Assembly: GCA_020201335.1 (NCBI GenBank)
Contig: JAIVGZ010000004.1
Coordinates: 1,764-65,763, forward strand
Direction: 5' to 3'
Length of the DNA: 64,000 bases
From: Natronospirales bacterium
GTDB taxonomy: Bacteria; Pseudomonadota; Gammaproteobacteria; Natronospirales; JAIVGZ01
Of this stretch, positions 32,652 to 44,458 are shown piece after piece. Under the pieces are notes generated by a model that worked only from the letters and a program-made list of their open reading frames with translations, was not told the origin of the DNA and ran no database searches. The first letter of the stretch is position 1. Every line of letters begins with the position of its first letter. Made by a program: the position numbers and the translations under genes.

Positions 32652-34223
32652 GTGGTGCTCACAGGAGTCCTGCTATTCGCGCTCGCCTCCGCCCCGCCTA
32701 TTTTCGAACCGCTCGAATACGACGTGGCGAGGGTGAATATTGCAGTGCTGTCGCAGCCGGCGGGCACGCTGGCTGCGCTCACACTGCCCGGCGGACTCCA
32801 CTTCGAGGCGGTCGTGCACGGTGTGCGCGTCCACCCGAATGGCAACAGCACCTGGAACGCGTCGCTCCTGCACGCGGAGCAGGGTGGCTACCTGCTGACC
32901 GTGACCGGTGGCGAGGCGTCAGGTCTCGTCGGAACCTTGATGACACCTCACGGCGAGTACCGGTTGGAGCCGGTGCCGGGCCAGTCGTGGAATGTGGTGT
33001 CGATCGACGAGGTCCGTTCCTTCGTGCCCGACGACGACGGCGCCCGGATCGTCGAGCCGCGCGCGGGCGGCCCGCTCGCGGCGGGGCAGAAGGCGGGTGC
33101 TGCGTCGTCCGATCTGTCGGTGTTCCGGATCCTGCTGCTCTATACCGACGAGGCGCGCGCCGAGCGTTCCGACGCGCACTGGGGCGCGTGGCTCGACAAC
33201 CTCATCGCGGTCACCAATTCCGCATTCGAGCAGAGCGGCATCAAGGTCGCGTTCGAGCTCACCGGCCACCGGCGGGTCGGTGCGAATGACGTGGCCGAGG
33301 CGAGCACGCTGCTGTCCGAGATGGTGCCGACCGCATCCGCTTTCGACGCCGCGGTGTTCGACGAGGTTGAGCGCTGGCGTGTCGCAGCCGCCGCGCATTT
33401 CGTGACGCTCGCCAAGCGCGCTACCGGCAGCTACTGCGGCTACGCGAACATCATGCCGCAATGCGACGGCACCGGGTCGTGCCTGGATGCGGCGATCGGT
33501 TACTCGGTGATCTCGGTCAGCTGCGCTTCACTGGTGCTTGCGCACGAGCTCGGTCACAACTTCGGAAGCCACCACGAGCCGGGCGCCGGCCCTGCCACCC
33601 AGCCTTATGCGTACGGGCATGTGAACACGGTCCCGGTGCGTACCGTGATGAGTGTCAACCAGGCGGCGCCGCGCATCGCGCGCTTCTCGTCGCCGGAACT
33701 GGATTGTAACGGCGCACCCTGCGGGGTCGCCGACCTCAGCGATAACACGCAGGCGATCAACCAGTCGCGTCACCAGGTGGAGCGGTGGATATCCGAACGC
33801 AGCGTCGCGGTGTCGGTGATGAAGTCAACCGTCCCGCGCGGCGGTACCGTGAATGCGCATGTGTCGCTGGCGGGGCTTCTGGGGGGGCGCGTGGACGTCG
33901 CGCTGTGGCGGAACGGCGCGTCCGTCGCCGAGTTGTACTCGGGCATTGCGCCGCGCGGGTTACTGGCGCTCGTGGTTCCGGGCGACGTCGCCGTCGGCGG
34001 TGGCTACAAGCTTGTTGCACGCGCGACGCTGGCACCGGAGTACTCGGCCGAGTCCACGCAGTTCGCCGTCACTAGCGTGAACGACCCGCCGAAGCCGTCT
34101 TCGGGCACCGCACCGCCGGCGTCCGGGGGCGGCGGTAGCTTAGGGTGGCTTCAGCTGCTGTTGTTGGCGGCGTTCACAGCGCGGCAATCCGTTCGCGCTC
34201 GACGCGCGCGGGGAATCACCTGA
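32652..34223 (+). CDS. Reprolysin-like (M12) zinc metalloprotease with a GlyGly-CTERM tail
   Basis: HELGHNFGSHH, Met-turn TVMS and C-terminal SGGGGSLGWLQLLLL..RRAR. Confidence 0.88.
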   Translation: MVLTGVLLFALASAPPIFEPLEYDVARVNIAVLSQPAGTLAALTLPGGLHFEAVVHGVRVHPNGNSTWNASLLHAEQGGYLLTVTGGEASGLVGTLMTPHGEYRLEPVPGQSWNVVSIDEVRSFVPDDDGARIVEPRAGGPLAAGQKAGAASSDLSVFRILLLYTDEARAERSDAHWGAWLDNLIAVTNSAFEQSGIKVAFELTGHRRVGANDVAEASTLLSEMVPTASAFDAAVFDEVERWRVAAAAHFVTLAKRATGSYCGYANIMPQCDGTGSCLDAAIGYSVISVSCASLVLAHELGHNFGSHHEPGAGPATQPYAYGHVNTVPVRTVMSVNQAAPRIARFSSPELDCNGAPCGVADLSDNTQAINQSRHQVERWISERSVAVSVMKSTVPRGGTVNAHVSLAGLLGGRVDVALWRNGASVAELYSGIAPRGLLALVVPGDVAVGGGYKLVARATLAPEYSAESTQFAVTSVNDPPKPSSGTAPPASGGGGSLGWLQLLLLAAFTARQSVRARRARGIT

Positions 34224-34282
34224 TTGACCTGCGGGCGGCAGGAGCGTGAAGCTGTCGTTTTTCCGGCTCGATGGAGGTTGCG

Positions 34283-34663
34283 ATGCGATACCTGATACCA
34301 GCGATACTCGTGATGGTTTCCGGACTCGCCGGTCCGGTGGTGGCCGACGATCAGACCGACGCGGTCCGGACGATGGCGGGCATCCTCGCGGAGCTCAACC
34401 ATTTCCCGAGCGATGCGGATAAGCGGCAGCTCGACGCGCTCGCGGCCGACGATGCAACGACCGAGCATGAACGGACAATCGCCGAAGCAATCCGCGATGT
34501 CGAACACCGGGTTACGGCGGTGGACCGGCAGGCGCTCTCCACGCTGGTCGCCGACGACTCGGTGCCGGATCCGGTGAAGACGCTCGCCGGGGTCCTGCTC
34601 GACTTGAACCACACGCCATCTGCCGCCGAGAAGGCAGAGTTGCGGCGGCTAATGGGTCGCTAA
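34283..34663 (+). CDS. Small secreted helical protein with three His-containing repeats
   Basis: GGAGG RBS; signal peptide; three ~36-aa repeats (LNHFPS, VEHRVT, LNHTPS). Confidence 0.8.
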   Translation: MRYLIPAILVMVSGLAGPVVADDQTDAVRTMAGILAELNHFPSDADKRQLDALAADDATTEHERTIAEAIRDVEHRVTAVDRQALSTLVADDSVPDPVKTLAGVLLDLNHTPSAAEKAELRRLMGR

Positions 34664-34669
34664 AGAGGC

Positions 34670-37437
<2,768 letters not shown>

Positions 37438-37441
<4 letters not shown>

Positions 37442-37743
37442 TTCTCGTTCTTCTTGTCGAGGTGGTCGCGCAACGTCCGCTCGACCATCTTCGGGATCAC
37501 GTGCTTCATCCGCTCAGCCATCTCTTCGAACATCTCAATCAGCTTCGCGTTCAAATCCTGCCTCAGCGCATCGAGTTCGGTGTCGCTGAGCGTATTGCCG
37601 GCTTTCGGAACGCGGTCGATGAGCTTGGAGAGCTCGTCGAGCGCCTTCATCAGGCGTGCGCGTTCGTTGTCCGGGTCGACGACCTCGTCGAGCACCGGTA
37701 GCTCAATCTGTCCGCTGTCAGACTTGATGGGTTTCGGGCTCAT
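37438..37743 (-). CDS. Hypothetical protein between holC and valS
   Basis: LPVLDEVV motif; overlaps both neighbours in an operon-like arrangement. Confidence 0.7.
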
Positions 37744-38137
37744 GTCCACGGTCGCGGTAGTGCTTGTAGCGGGCGCGGGCCTGCTGTTTCGCGGCATCGT
37801 CACCGCCGACGATCTCGGCGATGCGTGCGAAACGCTCGGCGAAGTCCGGCACTTCGGGTGCGAGGTTGACCAGTAGCTCGGTGAAGCCTTCCGGCGGCAC
37901 CGTGTGTCCGATGCGCACCGGCGCATCATCTTCTGCCTGCGTGAGCGCGTGCGGCACGAAGCTCACGTCGCGGAAGGTCCACATCAACTCGTCGAGTTTC
38001 TGCGCGTCGGTCGGGTCGGCCGCGTGCACATAGACCTTGTGGCCGAGCTTCCACGCCTTTTCGGCGAGCCGGCACGCGAGCAGCGGGGCCGCCCGTGCGC
38101 CGGCATCTTCGGTAACGTAGAAGTCGACCCGGGTCAT
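37718..38137 (-). CDS. holC: DNA polymerase III chi subunit
   Basis: RVDFY, ACRLAEKA, LDELMWTF..SFVPH and ARARYKHYR motifs. Confidence 0.95.
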   Translation of the reverse strand: MTRVDFYVTEDAGARAAPLLACRLAEKAWKLGHKVYVHAADPTDAQKLDELMWTFRDVSFVPHALTQAEDDAPVRIGHTVPPEGFTELLVNLAPEVPDFAERFARIAEIVGGDDAAKQQARARYKHYRDRGHEPETHQV

Positions 38138-39654
38138 GCCTGCTCGATCAGGTACTGCGTGAGCAACGACACCGGCCGGCCGAGCGCGCCTTTCTCAGTG
38201 CCGGACTTGTACGCGGTGCCGGCGATATCGAGGTGGGCCCAACGCATCTTCTCGGTGAAGCGCGACAGGAAAATCGCTGCGGTAATCGTGCCGGCCTCGC
38301 GCCCGCCGATGTTCGCCATGTCGGCAAAGTTCGACTTCAACTGCTCCTTGTAGTCGTCCCACAGCGGCAACCGCCACACGCGGTCACCGGTCTGCTGGCC
38401 GAGCGCGTACAGGCTGTCGGCGAGCTTGTCGTCGTTGGACATCAGGCCGGTGGCGTGGCTGCCGAGCGCGATGACGACAGCTCCGGTCAGCGTTGCGATG
38501 TCGATTACGGTCTTTGGCTTGTAGGTCCGCTCGGTGTAGGTCAGCGCGTCGCACAGGATCAGCCGGCCTTCGGCGTCGGTGTTCAGCACTTCGACCGTCA
38601 GGCCCGCCATCGTCGTGACGATGTCGCCCGGCTTGCTTGCGTCACCGTCGGGCATGTTCTCGCTCGACGGAACCACGCCGACACAGTTGACCTTCAGGCC
38701 GAGTTCGACAACCGCACGCATCGTGCCGAACACGCTCGCGCTGCCGCACATGTCGAACTTCATCTCGTCCATGCCGGGGCCGGGCTTCAGCGAAATGCCG
38801 CCGGTGTCGAAGGTCAGGCCCTTGCCGACCAGCGCGTGTGGCTTGTCACCTTTCTTCCCGCCCATCCACTCCATCACGATCAGCTTCGCCGGCTGACGGC
38901 TGCCGCGCGACACCGACAGCAGCGAGCCCATGCCGAGCCGCTTCATGTCGGCTTCTTCGAGAATCTTCACCTTGAGTTTCGGATACGCCTTTGCGAGCGC
39001 CTTCGCCTGGTTGGCGAGGTAGGTCGGTGTGCAGATGTTGCCGGGCAGGTTCGCGAGCTCGCGCGCCAGGTTCATGCCGTTGGAAACGGCGTTGCCGTGT
39101 TTCAGGCCTAGAGCGAAGCTCTTGTTATAATCGCGGTGCGGAGCACCGCTCCCACGCGGAGCACCGCTCCCACACTGAAGCAAGCCGACGCGTTTAAGTT
39201 TGCGCGGCTTCGCTTTCTCACTTTTCGTCGTCTCGTAGCGGTACAGCGCGAAGTTCACCGCTTCGGCTGTGTGGCGCGCGGCCCAGTACGGGTCAAGCGA
39301 CTTGCCGGCCAGGTCGTCGATCGCGAAGCACGCGTCCGCGGCGCCGAGTTCACCGAGCACCTGCGTAGCGCGGGTCATCGCCTTGCGGAAGACGAGCGGG
39401 TCGAACTTGTCCTGTTTGCCGAGCCCCACGAGCAGGATGCGCTCGGCGGCCACCCCGTCGAGACCTTGGAGCAGAAGTGTCTGGCACGGCTTGCCTTCGA
39501 TGTCGCCGCGCTTAATGAGGCGCGACAGCGCGTTGCCGCTCGCCGCGTCGATTTCGCTGCCCGTTGCGGTCAGCTTGTTGCCTTCGAAAAGGCCGATGAC
39601 CAAGCAGCCGGTCTTGATGCTCGACGGCTGGCCGGCCTTGAGGGATAGCTCCAT
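38134..39654 (-). CDS. pepA: Leucyl aminopeptidase (M17)
   Basis: VGKGLTFDTGGISLK, MKFDM, NTDAEGRL and WAHLDIAG motifs. Confidence 0.97.
   Translation of the reverse strand: MELSLKAGQPSSIKTGCLVIGLFEGNKLTATGSEIDAASGNALSRLIKRGDIEGKPCQTLLLQGLDGVAAERILLVGLGKQDKFDPLVFRKAMTRATQVLGELGAADACFAIDDLAGKSLDPYWAARHTAEAVNFALYRYETTKSEKAKPRKLKRVGLLQCGSGAPRGSGAPHRDYNKSFALGLKHGNAVSNGMNLARELANLPGNICTPTYLANQAKALAKAYPKLKVKILEEADMKRLGMGSLLSVSRGSRQPAKLIVMEWMGGKKGDKPHALVGKGLTFDTGGISLKPGPGMDEMKFDMCGSASVFGTMRAVVELGLKVNCVGVVPSSENMPDGDASKPGDIVTTMAGLTVEVLNTDAEGRLILCDALTYTERTYKPKTVIDIATLTGAVVIALGSHATGLMSNDDKLADSLYALGQQTGDRVWRLPLWDDYKEQLKSNFADMANIGGREAGTITAAIFLSRFTEKMRWAHLDIAGTAYKSGTEKGALGRPVSLLTQYLIEQA
39130..39173 (-). 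repeat. REP family A plus an 18-bp tandem duplication, in frame inside pepA
   Basis: GCGGAGCACCGCTCCCAC occurs twice; the protein reads [15 protein letters not shown]. Confidence 0.92.
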
Positions 39655-39721
39655 GAACTGCTCCTTTAATCCTGGCGGGGTGCGTGGGAGAATGAGCGGC
39701 GTAGTTTACTAGAGATTGCCG

Positions 39722-40619
39722 ATGCTTACGACGCTTGACCGGTACCTCCTGAAGGAGGTGATCCAGACTTGGGCCGCGGTCACCGTCGTCCTGTTGCTGA
39801 TCATGCTGTCCAGCCGGTTCGCCCGTTACCTCGGCGAGGCCGCGGCCGGACAGCTGCCTGCCGACGTCGTCTTCACGCTGCTGAGCCTGACCTCTATCCA
39901 TTACATGACGGTTCTGGTGCCGGTCAGCCTGTTCCTCGCGGTGATGCTCATGCTGGGTCGGCTGTACAAGGACAGTGAGATGGCGGCGATGATGGCCTGC
40001 GGCATCGGCTACGGACGATTCGCGGGTGTTCATCCACTACCGTGACCAGGAAGCGATGACGGTATCGCTCGCAGAGCGTGCTGAGCAGCGCACCGACCCC
40101 GTCACCGGCGTGCGCCACCTAGTGTTGCACGACGGCCGGCACTACAGCGGCGTACCGGGTTCCAACGAATACCGCGCGATTGAATTCTCCGAGCACGGCT
40201 TGCGTATCGAGCTGGGTGAAGGCGACGGGCTCGTGCCGCGCCGTACCGTGCAGCCGACGGGCGCGCTGTTCCGCTCCGACGACCTGGGCGACATAGCTGA
40301 ACTGCAGTGGCGCATATCGGTGCCGCTGATGGGTTTCCTGTTGGTGCTGCTTGCGGTTCCGCTCGGCCGGACCTCGCCGCGCCAGGGGCGCTACGGCAAG
40401 CTGTTCGCCGCGATCCTCGTGTATGTCGTGTACTCGAACCTGATCGGGTTGTCTCAGGTGTGGATTGAGCGCGGACAGTTGTCACCGTGGATCGGCGTCT
40501 GGTGGGTGCACGCGGCGGTATTGCTGCTAACCGCGGGGTTGGTGGTGAAGCATTACGGGTGGCGGTATTCGTTGAAGCGCGGTGCGGAGCACCGCTCCCA
40601 CACGGGAGCCACCGGGTGA
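39722..40619 (+). pseudogene. lptF: LPS export permease LptF, split by an apparent internal deletion and frameshift near 40015-40025
   Basis: N-part TLDRYLLKEV..GRLYKDSEM..GIG; C-part in another frame VFI..AELQWRIS..PRQGRY..GVWWVH. Roughly 60-70 aa short of a typical LptF. Probably an artefact. Confidence 0.85.
40578..40601 (-). repeat. REP family A inside the lptF 3' end
   Basis: CGCGGTGCGGAGCACCGCTCCCAC on +, read as RGAEHRSH. Confidence 0.88.
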
Positions 40620-41686
40620 GCATTCTCGAGAAATATCTCGCGAAGACCGTCATCAGCGGGACGCTGATGGTGCTGCTGGTGCTCGTCGCGCTCGGCGCGT
40701 TCTTCAATTTCCTCGGCGAGATGGGCCGCATCGGCACCGCCGACTATGGGATGACCGACGCGCTCGTGTTTGTGTCGCTGTCGACGCCGCAGCTTGCGTG
40801 GGAGATGTTCCCGGTCGCTGCGCTGATTGGTTCGTTGCTCGCGCTCGGCGCGTTGGCGTCCGGCAGCGAGCTGATTGCGATGCGCGCATCCGGTATCTCG
40901 CTGTTGCATCTGGCGCGTGCTGCCGCCGCCGGGGCGCTGCTGCTTGCGGTGGTCACGCTGTTGCTCGGTGACTTCATCGCACCACCGGCCGAGCAGTACG
41001 CGCAGAGTCGGCGCGCGGTCGCGTTGCACGGTGAGTTGTCGATTGCAGGACGGCAGGGCGTGTGGGCGCGCGATGGCGGCGCGTTCGTCAATGTTCGCCA
41101 GCTCTCGAGCGAACAGCGCGTCGACGGCATTTTCATCTACGAGTTCAGCGAAGACGGCCAGCTCGAGCGCGCAATCCAGGCGGCCGCCGCGCGGTTCCAG
41201 CCCCCCGGCAGCTGGGCGCTTGAGCGCGTAGAGGAGACTGAATTCCTGCGCGATGGCCGCACGCGCACGACCGCGTGGCTGACGCGCGACTGGGACACGC
41301 AGCTGTCTCCGGACCTTCTGAACCTCTTTGTCGTCGACCCCGGCAGCCTGTCCGCATTCGGGCTCAGCCGCTATGTCGGGTACCTGAAGCGCAGCGGGCT
41401 CGATTCGCGCCGGTACCAGCACGCGTTTTGGTCGAAGCTGGTCGCGCCGTTCTCCGTGATCGTAATGGTCGTGCTCGCGGTTCCGTTCGTCTCCGGCTCG
41501 CAGCGGTCTGCGGGCGCCGGGCAGCGGCTGCTCGTCGGCATGCTGATCGGCGTCGGTTTTTATATGGTGAACCGGGTACTCGGTTTCTCCGGCGAGGTGT
41601 TCAACCTGAATGCGGTATTCGTCGCGTGGTTGCCGACGCTCGCGCTCGGCGCCGCCGCGTTGTTCGCGTTGGCGAGGATGCGTTGA
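40616..41686 (+). CDS. lptG: LPS export permease LptG
   Basis: ILEKYLAK, LASGSELIAMRASGIS and GVWARDG motifs; GTG overlaps the lptF stop. Confidence 0.93.
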   Translation: MSILEKYLAKTVISGTLMVLLVLVALGAFFNFLGEMGRIGTADYGMTDALVFVSLSTPQLAWEMFPVAALIGSLLALGALASGSELIAMRASGISLLHLARAAAAGALLLAVVTLLLGDFIAPPAEQYAQSRRAVALHGELSIAGRQGVWARDGGAFVNVRQLSSEQRVDGIFIYEFSEDGQLERAIQAAAARFQPPGSWALERVEETEFLRDGRTRTTAWLTRDWDTQLSPDLLNLFVVDPGSLSAFGLSRYVGYLKRSGLDSRRYQHAFWSKLVAPFSVIVMVVLAVPFVSGSQRSAGAGQRLLVGMLIGVGFYMVNRVLGFSGEVFNLNAVFVAWLPTLALGAAALFALARMR

Positions 41687-42303
41687 TGATTGCCTTATCC
41701 GTCGATACGAAATTCATCAGCCCGTATGCATTGTCGGCGTTCGTCGCGTTGCGGGAGAAGGGCGTCCCGTTCGAGCTGCACGAGGTTGACATCGATCTTG
41801 GTGCGCAGCATGAGTCGGGGTACGTGGATGCATCGGGTACCGCACGGATTCCCATGCTCGAGCACGACGGCTTCTTCCTCAGCGAATCCTCTGCGATCGC
41901 CGAATACCTTGACGAGGCGTTCCCGGACGCGCCGCCGCTGTTGCCGCGCGGCGTGCAGGAACGCGCCCGCGCGCGCCAGGTGCAGGCGTGGCTGCGCTCC
42001 GACTTGCTCGGGTTGCGCGCCGACCGCAGTACCGAACGCGTGTTCGCCGGTGAGCGGCTCCCGCCCCTCGGTGCCGATGGGCGCGCGGCCGCCGACAAGC
42101 TGCTTCGCTTCGCCGATGCGCTGGTGCCGGCTGCTGACGGCAACCTGTTCGGTGCATGGTCGATTGCCGATACCGACCTTGCGACAATGTTGAACCGGCT
42201 CGTGGTGCACGGTGATGAGGTGCCGGCGAAGCTCGCCGGCTACGCGACCGCACAGTGGCGCCGACCTTCGGTTGCTGCGTGGCTCGAACGGATGCGGCGA
42301 TAG
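41686..42303 (+). CDS. yfcF: Glutathione S-transferase (YfcF type)
   Basis: SPYALSAFVALREKG, LSESSAIAEYLDE, RARARQVQAWLRSD and WSIADTDLA motifs. Confidence 0.9.
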   Translation: MIALSVDTKFISPYALSAFVALREKGVPFELHEVDIDLGAQHESGYVDASGTARIPMLEHDGFFLSESSAIAEYLDEAFPDAPPLLPRGVQERARARQVQAWLRSDLLGLRADRSTERVFAGERLPPLGADGRAAADKLLRFADALVPAADGNLFGAWSIADTDLATMLNRLVVHGDEVPAKLAGYATAQWRRPSVAAWLERMRR

Positions 42304-42315
42304 CCCGGAAGTGGA

Positions 42316-42618
42316 CTAGTGGCTGCCGTCGGGCCGACGGCTCACGCTGAGCGCAGAGGTGTAGCGTAAGCGCGCGGTCTCAACCGTGCGTTCGACTTTC
42401 AGGCGTGCTTCGGCGACCAGTTCGTGCGCTTCCGGCGTCGACGGCGGTTCCTGTTCCGCGCGTTGTATCGCTTTATCCGCTTCAGTAATCTCTGCGCGCA
42501 CGAATGGCGCGAGGCGTGGGTTCAGTTGCAGTCCGGTGAGACGCGCGCGGACCTCAGAAATCCCAGCCGGTCGCTGGTGTGCGACTCGGCCCGTGTACTT
42601 TCCTGTGTGTGTACCCAT
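42316..42618 (-). CDS. Small helical protein resembling the DUF4398-like N-terminal region of OmpA-family lipoproteins
   Basis: EVRARLTGLQLNPRLA...EADKAIQRAEQ...ARLKVERT pattern; no signal peptide or OmpA domain. Confidence 0.45.
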   Translation of the reverse strand: MGTHTGKYTGRVAHQRPAGISEVRARLTGLQLNPRLAPFVRAEITEADKAIQRAEQEPPSTPEAHELVAEARLKVERTVETARLRYTSALSVSRRPDGSH

Positions 42619-42734
42619 GCGCAGATTGTCCCGTTCGCGCGCGGTCGCATCCATGCGATAACGCACAGTGGTGTAACGAAAACGGGACGGAAACGCGTTT
42701 CCGCGCCAGTAACCCAACAGGCAAGTTACTGAAT

Positions 42735-43111
42735 TCATTGAAGCGATTGCCTAGCACGGTCATTTACGGCTGGATTGAATGACCCCAGCGTGGGCTCGGT
42801 TGCCATCGCGTAGGCGAAGCGGCCGTGGAACGCCAACCAGCTGACGATGCCGAGCAACTTCGCGCCGTCCTCCCACAGGTATCGCGCGCATGCGGTTGCA
42901 TCGCCGCACTCAACAGACAAATAGCTGCGGCCGCGGACCAAAGGAAAAAGCCGAAGTTGGAGATGATGCCCGTGTAAGCGGGCGCTTCCATCACCGCGGC
43001 AGCGTCACGCAGCATGACCTCGGGTGGGATGTCCCAGAGCAGCTTTGCGGCGACCGGTACGCACATCACGAGAAAGACCAATCCGTAGCAGTACAGCAGC
43101 GTTCTGATCAT
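42735..43111 (-). pseudogene. Membrane protein split by an apparent deletion and frameshift near 42890
   Basis: Frame 1 reads MIRTLL...RDAAA..YTGIISNFGFFLWSAAAAICLL; frame 2 reads WEDGAKLLGIVSWL. ATG overlaps the ATP-grasp stop. Confidence 0.6.
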
Positions 43112-44283
43112 CCGTGGTGCCTGGCTGCCACTCCTGCGGCGTGCACATAACTGCGCCCGCCGACTATGACTGCGTGGCCGTATAGATAAAGAGTGGGTAA
43201 GGGGTCCAGCCAATGCCAGGTCAAACGATGATGCGCCCGCCAGTGTGCGGCACCCAGTTGCCTGATATAGGCAGACAGTGCGTGGCGACCCAGGTCCGCA
43301 GACTTGATTCGATGTCCGAGGCTGCGCAGGTCGCCGAGCAACCAGTGGAAGCGCCGACCAATCGGGTATGCACTCAAGGTAGCCAGAGCCGGGTCGACCG
43401 CGAGCCGCGGCAGGTCGATGCCGCAGCGCAGTGCGAGTTCGCAGGTTGCGTCGAGCCGCGGGTTGAGTTCGAGGAACACGCAGTCGCCGTCGTCGTCGAC
43501 GAGGAACTGCGCGCAGCCGGCGCCGTGGTAGTTGAGCCGGCGGCACAGCGCACGGCAGTAACCGGCAAGTTCGGCCGACGGCTCTACCGAAACACCCTCG
43601 ATACCAAACCCGGTGCCGTCCGCCTCATCGGTACGCACCACAGCCTGTTGAAAGTAGGCGACCAGCTCGCCGTCCCGCGCGATGAATTGGCAGTTGTGGC
43701 GTGTACCGCAGAACCAGCGTTGTACGATCAGCGGGTAGCGCGCGCCGGCGAACGCGGAAAGTTGCGCATCGCTTATACACGCCGCCGCCTTGCGGCCGTT
43801 GATGAGCCGGCTCGAGTCCGGGCATTTGATTGCAAGTGGCAGGCCGATCTGCGAGGCGGCATCGAGGAGCTCGCGGTGCGTCGTTACGACCACGGTCGAT
43901 ACCTGCGGGATGCCGAGTTCTTGCGCGATACGGAAACTTCGTGGCTTGTCGAGGCATGCATGCACCGCATCGGCGCTCGGCATCGCGCGCTGCACATACG
44001 CAGGCAGCCCTTCGCAAGCCACAAGCGCCTGAATCTCGTCCTCGCCGACGGGGAAGATGCAGCGGACCTCCGGGTGCTCGGCGAGGAACGCGTGCAGCGC
44101 GCTGGCGAACGCGGCGCTGTCGGGCTCGGGATGCGACCAGGTGCCGCACGCATGTCGCGACAGCGACGCGAATGGGCGCCGACCGTGGCAGCCGACGATG
44201 ACACGCCATCCGGATGCCGCGAGCGACCGGACGACGGCAATCGTCTGTTGGTGGTCCCCGAGCACGAGGACGGACTTCTTCAA
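43108..44283 (-). CDS. ATP-grasp fold protein
   Basis: GGAGG RBS and TTG start; CLDK, PLAIK, LIVQRW and FLELNPRL motifs. Confidence 0.85.
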   Translation of the reverse strand: MKKSVLVLGDHQQTIAVVRSLAASGWRVIVGCHGRRPFASLSRHACGTWSHPEPDSAAFASALHAFLAEHPEVRCIFPVGEDEIQALVACEGLPAYVQRAMPSADAVHACLDKPRSFRIAQELGIPQVSTVVVTTHRELLDAASQIGLPLAIKCPDSSRLINGRKAAACISDAQLSAFAGARYPLIVQRWFCGTRHNCQFIARDGELVAYFQQAVVRTDEADGTGFGIEGVSVEPSAELAGYCRALCRRLNYHGAGCAQFLVDDDGDCVFLELNPRLDATCELALRCGIDLPRLAVDPALATLSAYPIGRRFHWLLGDLRSLGHRIKSADLGRHALSAYIRQLGAAHWRAHHRLTWHWLDPLPTLYLYGHAVIVGGRSYVHAAGVAARHHG

Positions 44284-44458
44284 ACTGGCCTCCCGGTTGC
44301 AGGTGTCTCGAAAAGCAGGCAATTCGAGGGTCGCGTGCGTACGGGTGTGCCGCAATCGGTAATATGCCCCGTTGCTTGGATGGAAAAGCCCTACTTGATT
44401 CTCCATTTTGGGAAAAATGGAGCGCCACTTTTCCCACGTAGGCACTTAACATAACGGT

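Noticed and set aside
40010-40045. Programmed frameshift in lptF
   Set aside because: There is no slippery site, and about 60-70 codons are absent, so frameshifting would not restore the protein.
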